In this document: one piece after another, positions 52,730-63,478 of the stretch
Position numbering within the stretch: position 1 is the stretch's first letter
How the letters are laid out: each line of letters opens with the position of its first letter
IMG/VR virus record: IMGVR_UViG_3300028914_000064
Location: 62,092 to 126,091 of that record
Length of the DNA stretch: 64,000 nt
From: a virus
Lineage: Duplodnaviria > Caudoviricetes
Reading direction: 5' to 3' (one strand)
Notes under the pieces: generated by a model
Seen by the model: the letters and a program-made list of their open reading frames with translations, nothing else
Databases searched by the model: none
Told to the model about the DNA's origin: nothing
Made by a program: the position numbers and the translations under genes

Positions 52730-54313
52730 GTGAAGAAAAAAATATTAACTCTTGAAGATCTCGTCAAGTTTTGCAAAGCTCAAAAATTATTTAGTTTTAG
52801 TTCAAAGGAAAGTGGATATCAGATATGTGTGCAGGTTCCTGCTACTTTTGCCAAAAAGGAAATAGAGAATTCTTCTCTTTTATTTGCTGATATCAAAGCT
52901 TTTCATACTGGTAGAAACAGAAATGCTAGTAATGTAACTATAGATGCTGCTAAAAAATCTTTGGGCACATTTGCATATAAACCAATCCTTGCGGCTTTTA
53001 CAACTGATGATGATGGCGTTGAGGATTTTATGTCACATGAGATGGAAATAGATGATGATGGAAATGTGATTTATATAGAACATCAGGTTGGTTGTTTTAC
53101 TACTGATGAACCAACGATTGAAAAAGATCCTGATCATGAAGATAGGCAGTTTGTTTATGCTACTGCTGCTATTCCAAGGGAATATACTCATGCTGCTGAA
53201 ATCATCGAAAGAAAAGGCGGAACAAAAGTATCCGTAGAGTTAATAGTCAACGAATTCCAATATGACGAAGAAGCTGAAGAGCTTTTACTTACTGATATTG
53301 AAGTATCTGGACTTACTCTTTTAGGAAAAGATGAAAACGGAAATGAAGTTCAGGAAGGAATGGAAGGTGCAAGACTTGACATAAAAGATTTTAGTATATC
53401 TCAAAATAGTGTTTTTGAGTTAAATGAATCAATTAAAAAGTTTATTCAGGATTCAATAGTTGAAACCTTGAATAATATAGATTCTCAGAGGAAGGAGGAA
53501 AATCAAATGAATCACTTCGATGAACTGTTAAAGAAGTATGGAAAGACAGTCGAGGAAATCGCTTTTGCATACGAAGGATTATCAGATGAGGAATTAGATT
53601 CTGCATTCGCTGAAGCGTTTGAGAATGCTCCGATTTCTGAGAATACAGAAGATGCAAATCAGAAAACTTTTGAGCTTGAGTTTGCTGTTACTTGGAATGG
53701 TATAACAAACAGATTCTCAAAGTCACTTAATGATCAGATTCGCGAGATTACAGAACTCGTTAATGCAACTTATGGTGTAGAAGATGGTGCATTTTATGAT
53801 TGTGAAGTTTTTGATGACAAGACAGTTCTTTTCCATGATTGGTGGGATAATCGCCACTTTAAGCAGAAATATGGTTACAAAGAAGGAAATCTTGTTCTTA
53901 AAGGCGAGAGATCTGAAGTATTTGTACGTTTTCTGACTGAAGAAGAACTTACAGCTCTTGATGATCTTAAAACTAAGTTTGATGCAAAGGTTAAAGAGTT
54001 TGAAAAAGTTCAGGAAGAGCTTAGTCATTACCATGATGAGCCAAAAAAGCAGGAAATTCTTATGAGTAAAGACTACTCTTCTATTGCTGGAAATGAAGAA
54101 TTTGTAGAGCTTTCAAAACAGGACAATCATTTCAATATGAGTGTTGAAGATGTTCAGGCAAAAGCTGATGAAATTCTTCTTAATGCAGCAAAGAGTGGAA
54201 AAGTTGATTTTGCTATGCATGAAGATAGCAAGTCTACTATTTCTACAAAGCCACTTTTTATGGTTAATAATACACAGAAAAGATATGGCAGTTTACTGTC
54301 AAATATTGATTAA
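52730..54313 (+). CDS. Prohead protease/scaffold protein (YonD-like)
   Basis: FHTGRNRNAS, KVSVEL, GLTLLG...EGMEGA N-domain plus acidic coiled-coil C-domain. Confidence 0.75.
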   Translation: MKKKILTLEDLVKFCKAQKLFSFSSKESGYQICVQVPATFAKKEIENSSLLFADIKAFHTGRNRNASNVTIDAAKKSLGTFAYKPILAAFTTDDDGVEDFMSHEMEIDDDGNVIYIEHQVGCFTTDEPTIEKDPDHEDRQFVYATAAIPREYTHAAEIIERKGGTKVSVELIVNEFQYDEEAEELLLTDIEVSGLTLLGKDENGNEVQEGMEGARLDIKDFSISQNSVFELNESIKKFIQDSIVETLNNIDSQRKEENQMNHFDELLKKYGKTVEEIAFAYEGLSDEELDSAFAEAFENAPISENTEDANQKTFELEFAVTWNGITNRFSKSLNDQIREITELVNATYGVEDGAFYDCEVFDDKTVLFHDWWDNRHFKQKYGYKEGNLVLKGERSEVFVRFLTEEELTALDDLKTKFDAKVKEFEKVQEELSHYHDEPKKQEILMSKDYSSIAGNEEFVELSKQDNHFNMSVEDVQAKADEILLNAAKSGKVDFAMHEDSKSTISTKPLFMVNNTQKRYGSLLSNID

Positions 54314-54327
54314 GGAGGGAAAACATT

Positions 54328-54795
54328 ATGATGACTTCAACTTATCAGTTCTCTGCGACACATGCTAGAGCACTGCCTTCAAATGTAGTATCACAGCGTT
54401 ATGGAAATCATATGCCAAGTATAAGACTTGCAACAGATGCAGATAATGGAAATCTTGTTGCAGTTGGTTCTTGGGTTGATTGGGATTATTTCGATGAAGC
54501 AGCTGTTACAACTTTTACCGGAGAAATTATTGCTCAGGATAAGAATGGCGATTGGGTTGTTCTTGTTACAGATCCTGGAGATGCTTGCTTTGTTTATCAG
54601 ATGCCTCTTACACCTTATGAATCACCTGAAGAGCTTCTTAATGAGAAGACGATGTATAACAAGGCTGGTGATATTGTAAGGACATATGTACTTACAAAGC
54701 TTGATCGTATTACTGTTTCTGATGAAGGTTTTAATGGAACACCTTCCATTGGAGCAGCAGTTACTGGCGTAACAAATAAGAAGATGGATATTTAA
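54328..54795 (+). CDS. Capsid decoration/cement protein (YonC-like)
   Basis: DADNGNLVAVG; position between scaffold and MCP; highly expressed codon usage. Confidence 0.6.
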   Translation: MMTSTYQFSATHARALPSNVVSQRYGNHMPSIRLATDADNGNLVAVGSWVDWDYFDEAAVTTFTGEIIAQDKNGDWVVLVTDPGDACFVYQMPLTPYESPEELLNEKTMYNKAGDIVRTYVLTKLDRITVSDEGFNGTPSIGAAVTGVTNKKMDI

Positions 54796-54819
54796 TTTTG
54801 AGGAAAGGAGGAAATTACT

Positions 54820-55947
54820 ATGGCACTTAATACAGAAAATTTAAGAATGGTATTTGCCGAGGACGGAAAGTATGATGGTTTCAAAAAGCTGACATATGCT
54901 CTTGCTCATGGTGAAGATATTTATGAGTATGACGACAATGGAGTTGAGAAAAAGGTTTCTAAGTCAATTGCAAATAAGGCTATCCAGAAAGTATTTATGG
55001 ATATTTGCGGTCTTAAAGAAACAGACCTTTCTTCAAAAAAGAAGAGACATCGTGCAGAAAAGGCACATGCTACTGAGATCTATGCAATTCTTGAAGAAGA
55101 GATTGATTTCAAGATTAATGAAGGTTTCCAGGAGTCTATGTTCTTTAATGATTTTGTGGAGACACATAATGTTGCTCTTGGCGATGCTATTGAATTTGCA
55201 GTTGATAATTCAAACGCGCTTTTTGAAGTTCTTGATTATTCAGGTCAGAATCATGATCTTACAATGCAGCAGCTTCCTGCAAGAGAGTATGTAACTGTTA
55301 AAACATCTCCAAAGGCAATTAAGATTGGTAAGGATATTGATCTTATAATTCTTGGTAGAATTGATTTCTCGGCTTGGATTCAGAAGGTTGCAGATTCTTT
55401 TGTACAGTATATTCAGGCTATTATTTATAATGGTCTTATTTCTGCTGAGACAAAGCTTCCTGCAGCATATAAGCAGACCGGAACACTTTCGGCAGCCGTT
55501 AAGGGTACATTTGATACTCTCATTGAGGATGTTGCTCTTGCGAACGGATCAGATGTTATCATTCTTGGAACCAAGGTTGCTCTTAAGAAGATAAATAATC
55601 TTGCTGATGTTCAGTGGGCATCTGATGATCAGAAGAAGGAAATGAATCAGCTTGGAAGACTTGGCTCTTATGAAGGAACGACTCTTGTTGAGGTTCCTCA
55701 GAGACTTGCAGTTGGCGGATCAGCTAATCCTAGTGCATCCTCAAAGCTTGTTCCGAATAACAAACTTTGGTTTATGCCTCGTGTTGAGGATAAATTTATT
55801 AAATTCCTTGATTATGGCGAGACAGAAATCTTCGAGATTACAGAGAAGTTTGATCTTCAGGATGATTTCGAGACATATGAACTTCATAGAGAAATGGGTG
55901 TTGATGTCGTTCTTGGTGGATATTTTGGAACATGGACTAACCCTTAA
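54820..55947 (+). CDS. Major capsid protein
   Basis: 375 aa; FVETHNVALGD, IILGTKVAL, GRLGSYEGTTLVEVPQ; strong RBS. Confidence 0.85.
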   Translation: MALNTENLRMVFAEDGKYDGFKKLTYALAHGEDIYEYDDNGVEKKVSKSIANKAIQKVFMDICGLKETDLSSKKKRHRAEKAHATEIYAILEEEIDFKINEGFQESMFFNDFVETHNVALGDAIEFAVDNSNALFEVLDYSGQNHDLTMQQLPAREYVTVKTSPKAIKIGKDIDLIILGRIDFSAWIQKVADSFVQYIQAIIYNGLISAETKLPAAYKQTGTLSAAVKGTFDTLIEDVALANGSDVIILGTKVALKKINNLADVQWASDDQKKEMNQLGRLGSYEGTTLVEVPQRLAVGGSANPSASSKLVPNNKLWFMPRVEDKFIKFLDYGETEIFEITEKFDLQDDFETYELHREMGVDVVLGGYFGTWTNP

Positions 55948-55981
55948 TTTGTTTTTATAAGATTAAAAGGAGAAATATAAT

Positions 55982-56527
55982 ATGGCACGAGCAAAATATG
56001 TTAGTGAAAAAGCATCTGAAGAATTATTTGAAGAAGAACTTCCGAAGAAAGAAGTAAAACAAAAGGCAAAAAAAGAATTTAAGGATACTGATTTAATTCC
56101 TTGTGTATCTATCACTGTTGGAGGTCTTCATCTAATTGGAGCAAAAAGCGGAGAGGTATATCGTTGGTTAAATATTGGCGATGTGACAGAAATAGAATAT
56201 CGTGATCTTTTAGTTGAAGTGAGAAATCATTCTTTCTATGTTTATGATCCCGCTTTTATTATTCAGGATGATGATTTTTTAAAGCAACATGATGATATTC
56301 TTGTAAGGTATGGTCAGCTTTATACTCCTTCTGAAATTGAAAAAATACTTGCTTTGCCGGCTACTCAACTTTTGGCTTCATTAAAAAAGATGCCAGTTGG
56401 TGCACAGAATGCGGTAAGGGATCTTGCAGTTCGTAAGATTGATAACGGTTCTTTGGATAGTGTTCAGAGAATAAAGGTATTGGATGAATTTTTCGGTACG
56501 GAGATGCTTTTGAAACTAACTCGATAA
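55982..56527 (+). CDS. Head-associated protein (YonA-like position)
   Basis: Gene order after MCP. Confidence 0.5.
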   Translation: MARAKYVSEKASEELFEEELPKKEVKQKAKKEFKDTDLIPCVSITVGGLHLIGAKSGEVYRWLNIGDVTEIEYRDLLVEVRNHSFYVYDPAFIIQDDDFLKQHDDILVRYGQLYTPSEIEKILALPATQLLASLKKMPVGAQNAVRDLAVRKIDNGSLDSVQRIKVLDEFFGTEMLLKLTR

Positions 56528-56539
56528 ATCTAAGGAGGT

Positions 56540-57013
56540 GTGTCTATGATCTCTTTGGACTACGAGGATATTTTCAGTAGTTTTTTAGGGAGCGTCACAG
56601 ATTATAATTTAGCTTCCTTAGATGCTACTGAAGCCTATGAAATTTTGAAAGAATATCTACATAAATCACTTGCGACAAGATATGTAAATAGGTTGTTTTC
56701 TTCTATGAAGTTGGATGATGATATCCAGCTTTTTTCTTTTGAGATGAAATATCCTATTGATGATGAAACTGATCGTGAATTTGTAATTAATGCTCTTGCT
56801 AAATGGATGGCTTATGAATGGAGTCAAAATAAAGTTAGTTCTACTAATCTTGTAATGCAGCTTTTAGCTGGGAAAGAACAGAAATTTTACTCGCAGAGTA
56901 ATCATCTTTCTGAAACTAAAGCCCTTAAGCAAAATCTATATGATGAAGCATATGGCTATATAATGCGAAGAGGTTATATAGATAATGAATATTTGGAGGG
57001 CAAGAAATTATGA
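56540..57013 (+). CDS. Head-tail adaptor-like protein
   Basis: INALAKWMAYEW...KFYSQSNHL; position. Confidence 0.6.
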   Translation: MSMISLDYEDIFSSFLGSVTDYNLASLDATEAYEILKEYLHKSLATRYVNRLFSSMKLDDDIQLFSFEMKYPIDDETDREFVINALAKWMAYEWSQNKVSSTNLVMQLLAGKEQKFYSQSNHLSETKALKQNLYDEAYGYIMRRGYIDNEYLEGKKL

Positions 57014-57339
57014 TGCATAAGTATGGAGAATTTAGTGAAAAGCAAATCCATGAAGCTAAGGAATTCATACGGAAACGTATATATTTCTTGCTCCTTATTG
57101 TTGATCCTGAAACAAAAGCTAATTACAAAAATGTAGATGTTATTAAGGCTTTTGACGGAGTATTAACTGATGTTGCAAGTCTTAATGATTTGCTTGGTTG
57201 TCCTGTGGAATTAGTGTCTATACTTTCAAAGCTTAATGCTGCAAAACTTGAATATCAAGATAAAGATTTTCGTTGGAAAAAGTATAGGAAATTAATTTTG
57301 GATTCAGGCAACGAGGTTTCAAAGCTAAAGGAGGTGTGA
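57010..57339 (+). CDS. Hypothetical structural-module protein
   Basis: Overlapping ORF in late operon. Confidence 0.6.
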   Translation: MMHKYGEFSEKQIHEAKEFIRKRIYFLLLIVDPETKANYKNVDVIKAFDGVLTDVASLNDLLGCPVELVSILSKLNAAKLEYQDKDFRWKKYRKLILDSGNEVSKLKEV

Positions 57340-58535
57340 TCATGCCTTCTTTTGACATTTATAAAAAAAGATTAGGTAATCCAAAAACTAATGGAGAAGC
57401 GCACAAGATTGAGAGTGATCAAATAATGGAAGCTACTTGGTATAATGATATAAGTTCTAAGACAGCTTTCTTTTATGACCAAGATCATGACGAAGAGTTT
57501 AATATTAGGGATGATTTGCATCCAGAAAGAACTCATAAAATTCCTATTGAAGTTAAACTTTTCGAGATTGAATATAACTCTCTTTCTAAGGATGAACAAG
57601 GTTTTCATTTACAATTTAAGCCAAGTTTTGAGTATAAAGAAGTAATTCCATATTATGATGAGGAATTTACAGATAAATATGCTGCTCATTTTCCAGTGGG
57701 ATTATATTTGGATTATCCAGATGAAAAAGGTATTTATCATAGGTGGTTATGCGTAGGACAATATAGGCAATTTGCAAATCAGTTTCCTACATGGATTGTA
57801 CTTCCTTGTGATTTCAAAATTCAATGGATTTTTAAGAATCAGAAATATGAATCATGGGGTGTCCTTAGGTCACAATCTAGTTATAACTCTGGAGTTTGGA
57901 CAGATTATAAAATGACTTCAGTTGAAAATCAGAAAATAATCTGGTTGCCTATGAATGAGATAACAAAGAAAATTTTTTATAATCAAAGAGTGGTTATTTC
58001 CCAATATAGAGACGAACCCATTGTATGGAAATGTTCAAAGGTTGAGGATATGAATGTAAAAGGGATTACCCGCTATACATTTGCTCAAGATCTTTGGAAT
58101 GCTCATACCGATTATATTGAGAAAGATGAAGATGGGAATGTAATTGGAATGTGGTGCGATTATTATGATAATGGCGAAGTTTTACCTTTTAATCCAATCA
58201 TTCCTCCTACCACTATTTATTCAGTTCTCTCCTATTCTGGATTAAAACCGGAAATGAGAATAGGTGGAAGTTATAAAAAATTTACGGTTACATTTTATGA
58301 TGATGAAGAAATCATAGATTTTAGAGATGGAATATGGACATTTACAATTGATGGGGTTGAAGTTCCGAGTTTAATTACAACATTGGATAGCACACAATCT
58401 GCTGATGTTGAAGTAAATCAGATTAAAGCCAAAATTAATGCTGATTTTAGTTATATTGGAAAAGTGCTTGTGGTTAGTTTTGAAAGCAATGATGGTATTA
58501 AGTCAGAACTTGAAATCAACCTGCTTGGAACTTAG
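57336..58535 (+). CDS. Head closure/neck protein-like
   Basis: Position in head-tail joining block; beta-rich sequence. Confidence 0.5.
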   Translation: MIMPSFDIYKKRLGNPKTNGEAHKIESDQIMEATWYNDISSKTAFFYDQDHDEEFNIRDDLHPERTHKIPIEVKLFEIEYNSLSKDEQGFHLQFKPSFEYKEVIPYYDEEFTDKYAAHFPVGLYLDYPDEKGIYHRWLCVGQYRQFANQFPTWIVLPCDFKIQWIFKNQKYESWGVLRSQSSYNSGVWTDYKMTSVENQKIIWLPMNEITKKIFYNQRVVISQYRDEPIVWKCSKVEDMNVKGITRYTFAQDLWNAHTDYIEKDEDGNVIGMWCDYYDNGEVLPFNPIIPPTTIYSVLSYSGLKPEMRIGGSYKKFTVTFYDDEEIIDFRDGIWTFTIDGVEVPSLITTLDSTQSADVEVNQIKAKINADFSYIGKVLVVSFESNDGIKSELEINLLGT

Positions 58536-58546
58536 GAGGTGCTATT

Positions 58547-59137
58547 ATGCAATATACTATGGATGATATTAAGTACCTTCAATCGTTTCGAGAAAAGATT
58601 GATTATGATCCTATTAAATGCAAGCAAAAAGTTAAAGAACTTTTGCTTGATAATAAGCATATTTTACATGTACTAAATAATAAAGATTTAGAAAAGCTTC
58701 AAGCTGAACCAAGTGATTATTATTTGGTAAATATCCTTCCATATTATGTAGTTGAACCTACTCAGACTAACGTTCAGAATTTTATTACCTTTCAAGTAAG
58801 TTATACGGAGATCCCGCAATATAATAAGGCTATGAAATTCCTTCAAATTATATTTGTTGTTTTGTGTCATGTGGGAAATATAATTGAAGATGCCACATCT
58901 CTTAATCGTCATGATTTACTTGGAGCTCTTATTCAGGATCAATTTAATTTCACAAACATTTGTGGTAAAAAAATAAAGCTCGTTGAAGACAAGGAGATTG
59001 TTGTAGATAATGATTATATAGGAAGACAGATGGTCTTTGAACAATTAACAGACAATAACTTTGTTCGCACCAAAGGCGATATTGCAAGACTGAGTAATAA
59101 AGAGTTATATGCTGAAATCCCGCAATCCGAAGATTGA
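58547..59137 (+). CDS. Tail completion/terminator-like protein
   Basis: RHDLLGALIQDQFN; position. Confidence 0.5.
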   Translation: MQYTMDDIKYLQSFREKIDYDPIKCKQKVKELLLDNKHILHVLNNKDLEKLQAEPSDYYLVNILPYYVVEPTQTNVQNFITFQVSYTEIPQYNKAMKFLQIIFVVLCHVGNIIEDATSLNRHDLLGALIQDQFNFTNICGKKIKLVEDKEIVVDNDYIGRQMVFEQLTDNNFVRTKGDIARLSNKELYAEIPQSED

Positions 59138-59963
59138 ATTTGATCAACTTAAGCTCTATTTTAGAGAGCCTTATATTGTGGATTTGCCAGATACAAATGG
59201 CAAGATTACTTTGACTCAGCCAAGCATAGGTGATGTCGTTAGAATTGGTGAAGAAAGATTTTATAAAACATTGAGTATATTTATAAGTAATACTACTTCT
59301 TATAGATTGATGTTATGGGGAGATGGTAATGATCCAAAGATAGATTGGAATATATTCAGTGATTTTGAGCTGTTTACCGCACTTATAGAAGGTGCTGAAT
59401 ATGATGTATCTAAGATTTTCTTAGATGTGGATCTTAATAAGTTTGAACGTGTAGGGAAAAATGTGGATGGAAAACAAGTTTTAACTCTTTATAGTTCTGA
59501 GCTTGATATTGAAATTAGTGAAGAAGTTTACTTCCATATCTCACAGTATCTAAGGACTGTGTTTAATATGTTCCCAGAAGAAAAAATAACAAAAGATAAT
59601 ACCTTGAAGCATTGGTATATAGATAAAGATAGACGTGAACAGGCAATAGAGAAAAGTAAGGGAGAAAAGTTCTCTTCTACTCTATTGCCTGTTATTAGTT
59701 CTTATCTTAATCATCCTGGGACAAAATATAAATCGGAAGAATTAAAAAATTTAGGTGTGTATGAATTTTGGGATGGGGTTCAGAGATTGCAGATTTATGA
59801 GCAGGCTACTGCATGTATGAAAGGAATGTATTCTGGAATGGTTGATTCAAGTAAAATACCTTCTGATTCTTATAATTTTATGAAAGAAATAAAACATGAA
59901 TATGTAATCAAAGATGCTGAATCTTATAAAAACAATACACCGAAAAAAAAGAAAAAAAAATAG
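59109..59963 (+). CDS. Hypothetical tail-module protein (YomV-like position)
   Basis: LTQPSIGD...YEFWDGVQRL...GMYSG. Confidence 0.5.
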   Translation: MLKSRNPKIEFDQLKLYFREPYIVDLPDTNGKITLTQPSIGDVVRIGEERFYKTLSIFISNTTSYRLMLWGDGNDPKIDWNIFSDFELFTALIEGAEYDVSKIFLDVDLNKFERVGKNVDGKQVLTLYSSELDIEISEEVYFHISQYLRTVFNMFPEEKITKDNTLKHWYIDKDRREQAIEKSKGEKFSSTLLPVISSYLNHPGTKYKSEELKNLGVYEFWDGVQRLQIYEQATACMKGMYSGMVDSSKIPSDSYNFMKEIKHEYVIKDAESYKNNTPKKKKKK

Positions 59964-59975
59964 GAGGAAAATACT

Positions 59976-60788
59976 ATGGCATTACGTCTGGGTAATCATG
60001 TTATTGACGAAGTGTTATATGGAGTTGCGCAGAATTTTGATGATGAGCTTTTATTTACTGTTGATCAGCTTTCATCTGCTTCTATTGAAATTTCTGCGGA
60101 ATCCACAGACATTACAGATAAAAAGGGTAACGTTCTTAGAACACAGTATAAGTCTAAGAGTGGAACTTTTAGTTCTACAAATGCATTCTTGCATCCCGCT
60201 ATAATGAATGCGGCTTCTGGTAGTAAGATTGAAGTTGCATCTTCAGTTGCTACAATTAAGATGCCTAAGATTATGTCAGTTGCTGCTGGTGCTACCGAGA
60301 TAGATGTATCTGATGCTATTTCTGGAACAATTCATGTTCTTGGTCTTTATGGTAATGGAGCAAATGACGATAAAGAACTTGAAGCTAGTACTACAGCTGC
60401 TGTTGTACATGAATCTTATAAGTTAGTAGATGGAAAGATTGATGTTCCTGATGCTGGAACAGATGCTCCCGTTACATATATCATCAGATATGACAGAAAT
60501 GTTGAAAGTGGATATAAGCTTTCTAACCTTTCAAACAAGTTTCCGGATACGATTCACTTTACTCTTCTTTGCTCATATATGGATCCTTGCGAAGATGAAC
60601 TTAAACCATGCTATGTATATTTCGGTTCATTCATGCCCGATCCTAATATGACTATTAACCTTGATTCTGAAAATCAGGAAATTGATTTTAATGGAATTAT
60701 TCAGGTTGATTATTGCTCAGCAGATAAAGTATTATATATCATATACTATCCTGATGAGGATCTTACTGTAGTAGGTGTAACGGGTTGA
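59976..60788 (+). CDS. Major tail (tube) protein-like
   Basis: Strong RBS, acidic beta-rich 270 aa, followed by a terminator. Confidence 0.6.
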   Translation: MALRLGNHVIDEVLYGVAQNFDDELLFTVDQLSSASIEISAESTDITDKKGNVLRTQYKSKSGTFSSTNAFLHPAIMNAASGSKIEVASSVATIKMPKIMSVAAGATEIDVSDAISGTIHVLGLYGNGANDDKELEASTTAAVVHESYKLVDGKIDVPDAGTDAPVTYIIRYDRNVESGYKLSNLSNKFPDTIHFTLLCSYMDPCEDELKPCYVYFGSFMPDPNMTINLDSENQEIDFNGIIQVDYCSADKVLYIIYYPDEDLTVVGVTG

Positions 60789-60820
60789 TAAAGCCCTCAA
60801 TGTTTCTCTTATCTCATATT

Positions 60821-60856
60821 GGCTCACGGAGTGTCAAAGCTTCGTGGGCTCTTTTT
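60821..60856 (+). terminator. Intrinsic terminator
   Basis: GGCTCACGGAG...CTTCGTGGGCT followed by CTTTTT. Confidence 0.75.
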
Positions 60857-60886
60857 GTTTTGTAAAAAAATTAAGGAGGTGTAAAA

Positions 60887-61327
60887 ATGGCAAAGAATAT
60901 GCGAATATGCAAAATATGTGGCAAAAAATATGAATACTGTGGTCATTGTCCTAGTAAAAATTCGATAGAGCCTTGGCGTAATTTATATTGCTCTGAAGAT
61001 TGTCGTGAAGTATTTGGTATTTTTGATAAATATGCTTCTAAAAAGATTACAGCAGAAAAAGCAAAGGAAAGGCTTAGTATTTTAGGGTTTGATCCATCAA
61101 ATGTACGAGATATTCATAAGCCTATTATAAATGAAATATTTAGAAATGCTCAAAAAAAGGAAATAGAATCTAAGGACAAGTTCGATATTCCGTTAGCGCA
61201 TATTTCTGAAGTTAATATTGGAGAGCCCGTTTTGACAAAAACACCAAAACTTATTGAAGAAAAAAAATCTCAGAAATCTTTTAGACCAAAACCTAAATTT
61301 GTGAATGATAAAAAGAAAACAACATAA
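60887..61327 (+). CDS. Zinc-finger protein
   Basis: CKICG...YCGHC...YCSEDC. Confidence 0.75.
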   Translation: MAKNMRICKICGKKYEYCGHCPSKNSIEPWRNLYCSEDCREVFGIFDKYASKKITAEKAKERLSILGFDPSNVRDIHKPIINEIFRNAQKKEIESKDKFDIPLAHISEVNIGEPVLTKTPKLIEEKKSQKSFRPKPKFVNDKKKTT

Positions 61328-61362
61328 GGGAATATGCATTCACATGTATATTCCCTTTTTTT
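61326..61362 (+). terminator. Intrinsic terminator
   Basis: AAGGGAATATGCA...TGTATATTCCCTT plus T7. Confidence 0.75.
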
Positions 61363-61378
61363 GATGAAAGGGAGAATT

Positions 61379-61621
61379 ATGGAATTCATAAAAAGAAGTG
61401 CATTATCTGGTGAAAAATACGATGTATTTGATAAAGATATCATTCATATAATCAATATTTATCAGGCAGCTTATTATGTCGAATACGGTATTCCTATATT
61501 GGATGTACAGCTAAGTTCCGATAAACGTACAGGAAAGCCAATGCTTGTTTTTCTATTTAGAAGATCTTCTACTAAAGCTGCATTTGATCAATGGTGTAGG
61601 CAAAAGGAAGAAGGTGGCTAA
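61379..61621 (+). CDS. Hypothetical protein; likely start MEFIK at 61379
   Basis: GAAAGGGAG RBS. Confidence 0.65.
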   Translation: MEFIKRSALSGEKYDVFDKDIIHIINIYQAAYYVEYGIPILDVQLSSDKRTGKPMLVFLFRRSSTKAAFDQWCRQKEEGG

Positions 61622-61622
61622 A

Positions 61623-62120
61623 ATGATAAAGATATTGGGGATAGATGCTTCAACAAAATGTAGCGGATATTGTCTAATGGATGAATATGGTACTCTTCTT
61701 TTTTATTCAGCATTTGATTATAAACGTGAAAAAGATATCCAAGAACGGATTGATTTTCAGATAAAGGAATTCATCGAACTTTTTAAAAAAGAAAAACCAG
61801 ATATTTGTTATGTAGAAAATACATGGAATAAAAATAATGTTGAGACAACAAAAGCATTAACAAATATCATAGGAGCAATAAGATGCTTGTGTATTGGGCA
61901 TAAATGTGGGTTTAATTTGATTCTTCCCTCTACGTGGAGATCAGTTATAGGTATTGATGGAGGGAAAAACATAAAAAGAGATGAATTTAAAAAACGTGCT
62001 ATCGAATGGGTAAAAAAAAAGTATTCTATTGATGTTGAAGATGACGAAGCTGAAGCAATCTGTATCGCTTATGCTGGAAATATATTAAATAATAAGATTT
62101 TCGAAGAGGAGTTATTCTGA
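61623..62120 (+). CDS. RuvC-like Holliday junction resolvase
   Basis: ILGIDASTKCSG, CYVEN, PSTWRS, DDEAEAICIA. Confidence 0.85.
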   Translation: MIKILGIDASTKCSGYCLMDEYGTLLFYSAFDYKREKDIQERIDFQIKEFIELFKKEKPDICYVENTWNKNNVETTKALTNIIGAIRCLCIGHKCGFNLILPSTWRSVIGIDGGKNIKRDEFKKRAIEWVKKKYSIDVEDDEAEAICIAYAGNILNNKIFEEELF

Positions 62121-62506
62121 TGAACTTTGATAAGAATTTCGAAAAAGCATATAAACATGCATGTAAAGTGTTAAAAAAACAAAAGATTAAAGAGATTAAG
62201 CATGTTTATGATAAAGAAAAAGTAAAGCTATCTTTTAGTAAGTTGGCTGTTATTTTCATATTTGTGAATTGTTTTATTATAGAGCTATATTCAATGATAG
62301 TCATGATTATTTTTCATGATCTTGCTTCTTTAGGATCTCTTATCATGGGAGTTCTTGGACAGTGTGTGTCTCTTCTTGGATATTTTATAAAAGCTGGGCA
62401 AGAGAATATAGTTGGTGGAATAACATATGAAGCAACAATGTATGAATTAAAGGAAAATTCCGGGTCAAACATCAAAGAAGACAATGATGATGGTGCGGTA
62501 GGATGA
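62120..62506 (+). CDS. Two-TM membrane protein (holin-like)
   Basis: Two hydrophobic helices, KAGQENIVGGI C-terminus. Confidence 0.55.
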   Translation: MNFDKNFEKAYKHACKVLKKQKIKEIKHVYDKEKVKLSFSKLAVIFIFVNCFIIELYSMIVMIIFHDLASLGSLIMGVLGQCVSLLGYFIKAGQENIVGGITYEATMYELKENSGSNIKEDNDDGAVG

Positions 62507-62518
62507 AAGGAGTTTTAT

Positions 62519-62938
62519 ATGAATGGTATTTTGCACTTTTTAAAATGGATTGATTACAATTGGACTTTGATTGTATTAGCTATTTCTTTGATTTTTAGTA
62601 TTGCTATTAAAGCTAAAATTGCATTCAATAAATGGCTTAAAATGACGGATGAAGAGAAACAAAAAGATTTAGAGGAACAGATAGAAAAAACAAGACAGGC
62701 TATAGCGAATTATATTTTATCATTAGTTGCGTCTGCCGAAGAAGATTGGAAAGGAAAAGGTTTAGGTTCTATAAAAAGAGCTCAGGTTATTGAAAAGATA
62801 TATAAAAACTATCCTATTCTTCTAGAAGTTAAAGATCAATGTGAACTTATGAAATTTTTTGATGAACACATAGATCTTGCTCTTGAGACAGTAAGAGAAA
62901 AACTTCAAGGAAAAGAGGTAGAAAGCGATGACATATAA
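62519..62938 (+). CDS. Holin-like protein (LL-H type)
   Basis: N-terminal TM, LVASAE...GLGSIKRAQV pattern. Confidence 0.6.
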   Translation: MNGILHFLKWIDYNWTLIVLAISLIFSIAIKAKIAFNKWLKMTDEEKQKDLEEQIEKTRQAIANYILSLVASAEEDWKGKGLGSIKRAQVIEKIYKNYPILLEVKDQCELMKFFDEHIDLALETVREKLQGKEVESDDI

Positions 62939-63416
62939 AAAATTTATTGAATCATATAAGAATGCAGATAAGGCAAAAAAGAGTGCTCTTATAAAAAAAC
63001 ACATGGTAAATGATTATCTTCCTTATCAAAAGAAAATAGCTGAAGCTAAAAGAATAGTCAATTTTTCATGTTATGAAAAAATAGATGATAAAAAGGTATA
63101 TATGCAGAATTCACCTCTAGCATATATGCTGTTTTCAATTTGTATCATACAGGATTACACGGATATTACATGGGATACTGAGAAAGAAAGTGTTGATGTT
63201 TTTAATGAATTCGATAAGAGTGGTGCTTTAGATGAGATTATTGCATCAATTCCTAAAAAAGAGTATGAAACTTTTTCAGCGGTTCTTAATATGGTCCGTG
63301 ATGATGAATATGAGAATTTTAGAAGTATTGTAGGATTTTTAGATACAAAAGCAGATGCTGTAAATATTCTGTTAAAAGAACTTACGGATCTTCTTGAAAA
63401 GAATCAGATTAAATAA
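62928..63416 (+). CDS. Hypothetical protein (tail-assembly-chaperone-like)
   Basis: YLPYQKK...YTDI...SGALDEII; late-operon position. Confidence 0.45.
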   Translation: MTYKKFIESYKNADKAKKSALIKKHMVNDYLPYQKKIAEAKRIVNFSCYEKIDDKKVYMQNSPLAYMLFSICIIQDYTDITWDTEKESVDVFNEFDKSGALDEIIASIPKKEYETFSAVLNMVRDDEYENFRSIVGFLDTKADAVNILLKELTDLLEKNQIK

Positions 63417-63430
63417 ATTCATATAGAACG

Positions 63431-63460
63431 AAAAGAGAGCAAATAAATTGCTCTTTTTTT
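63431..63460 (+). terminator. Intrinsic terminator
   Basis: AAAGAGAGCAA...TTGCTCTTTTTTT. Confidence 0.7.
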
Positions 63461-63478
63461 CTGGAAAGGAGAATCAAT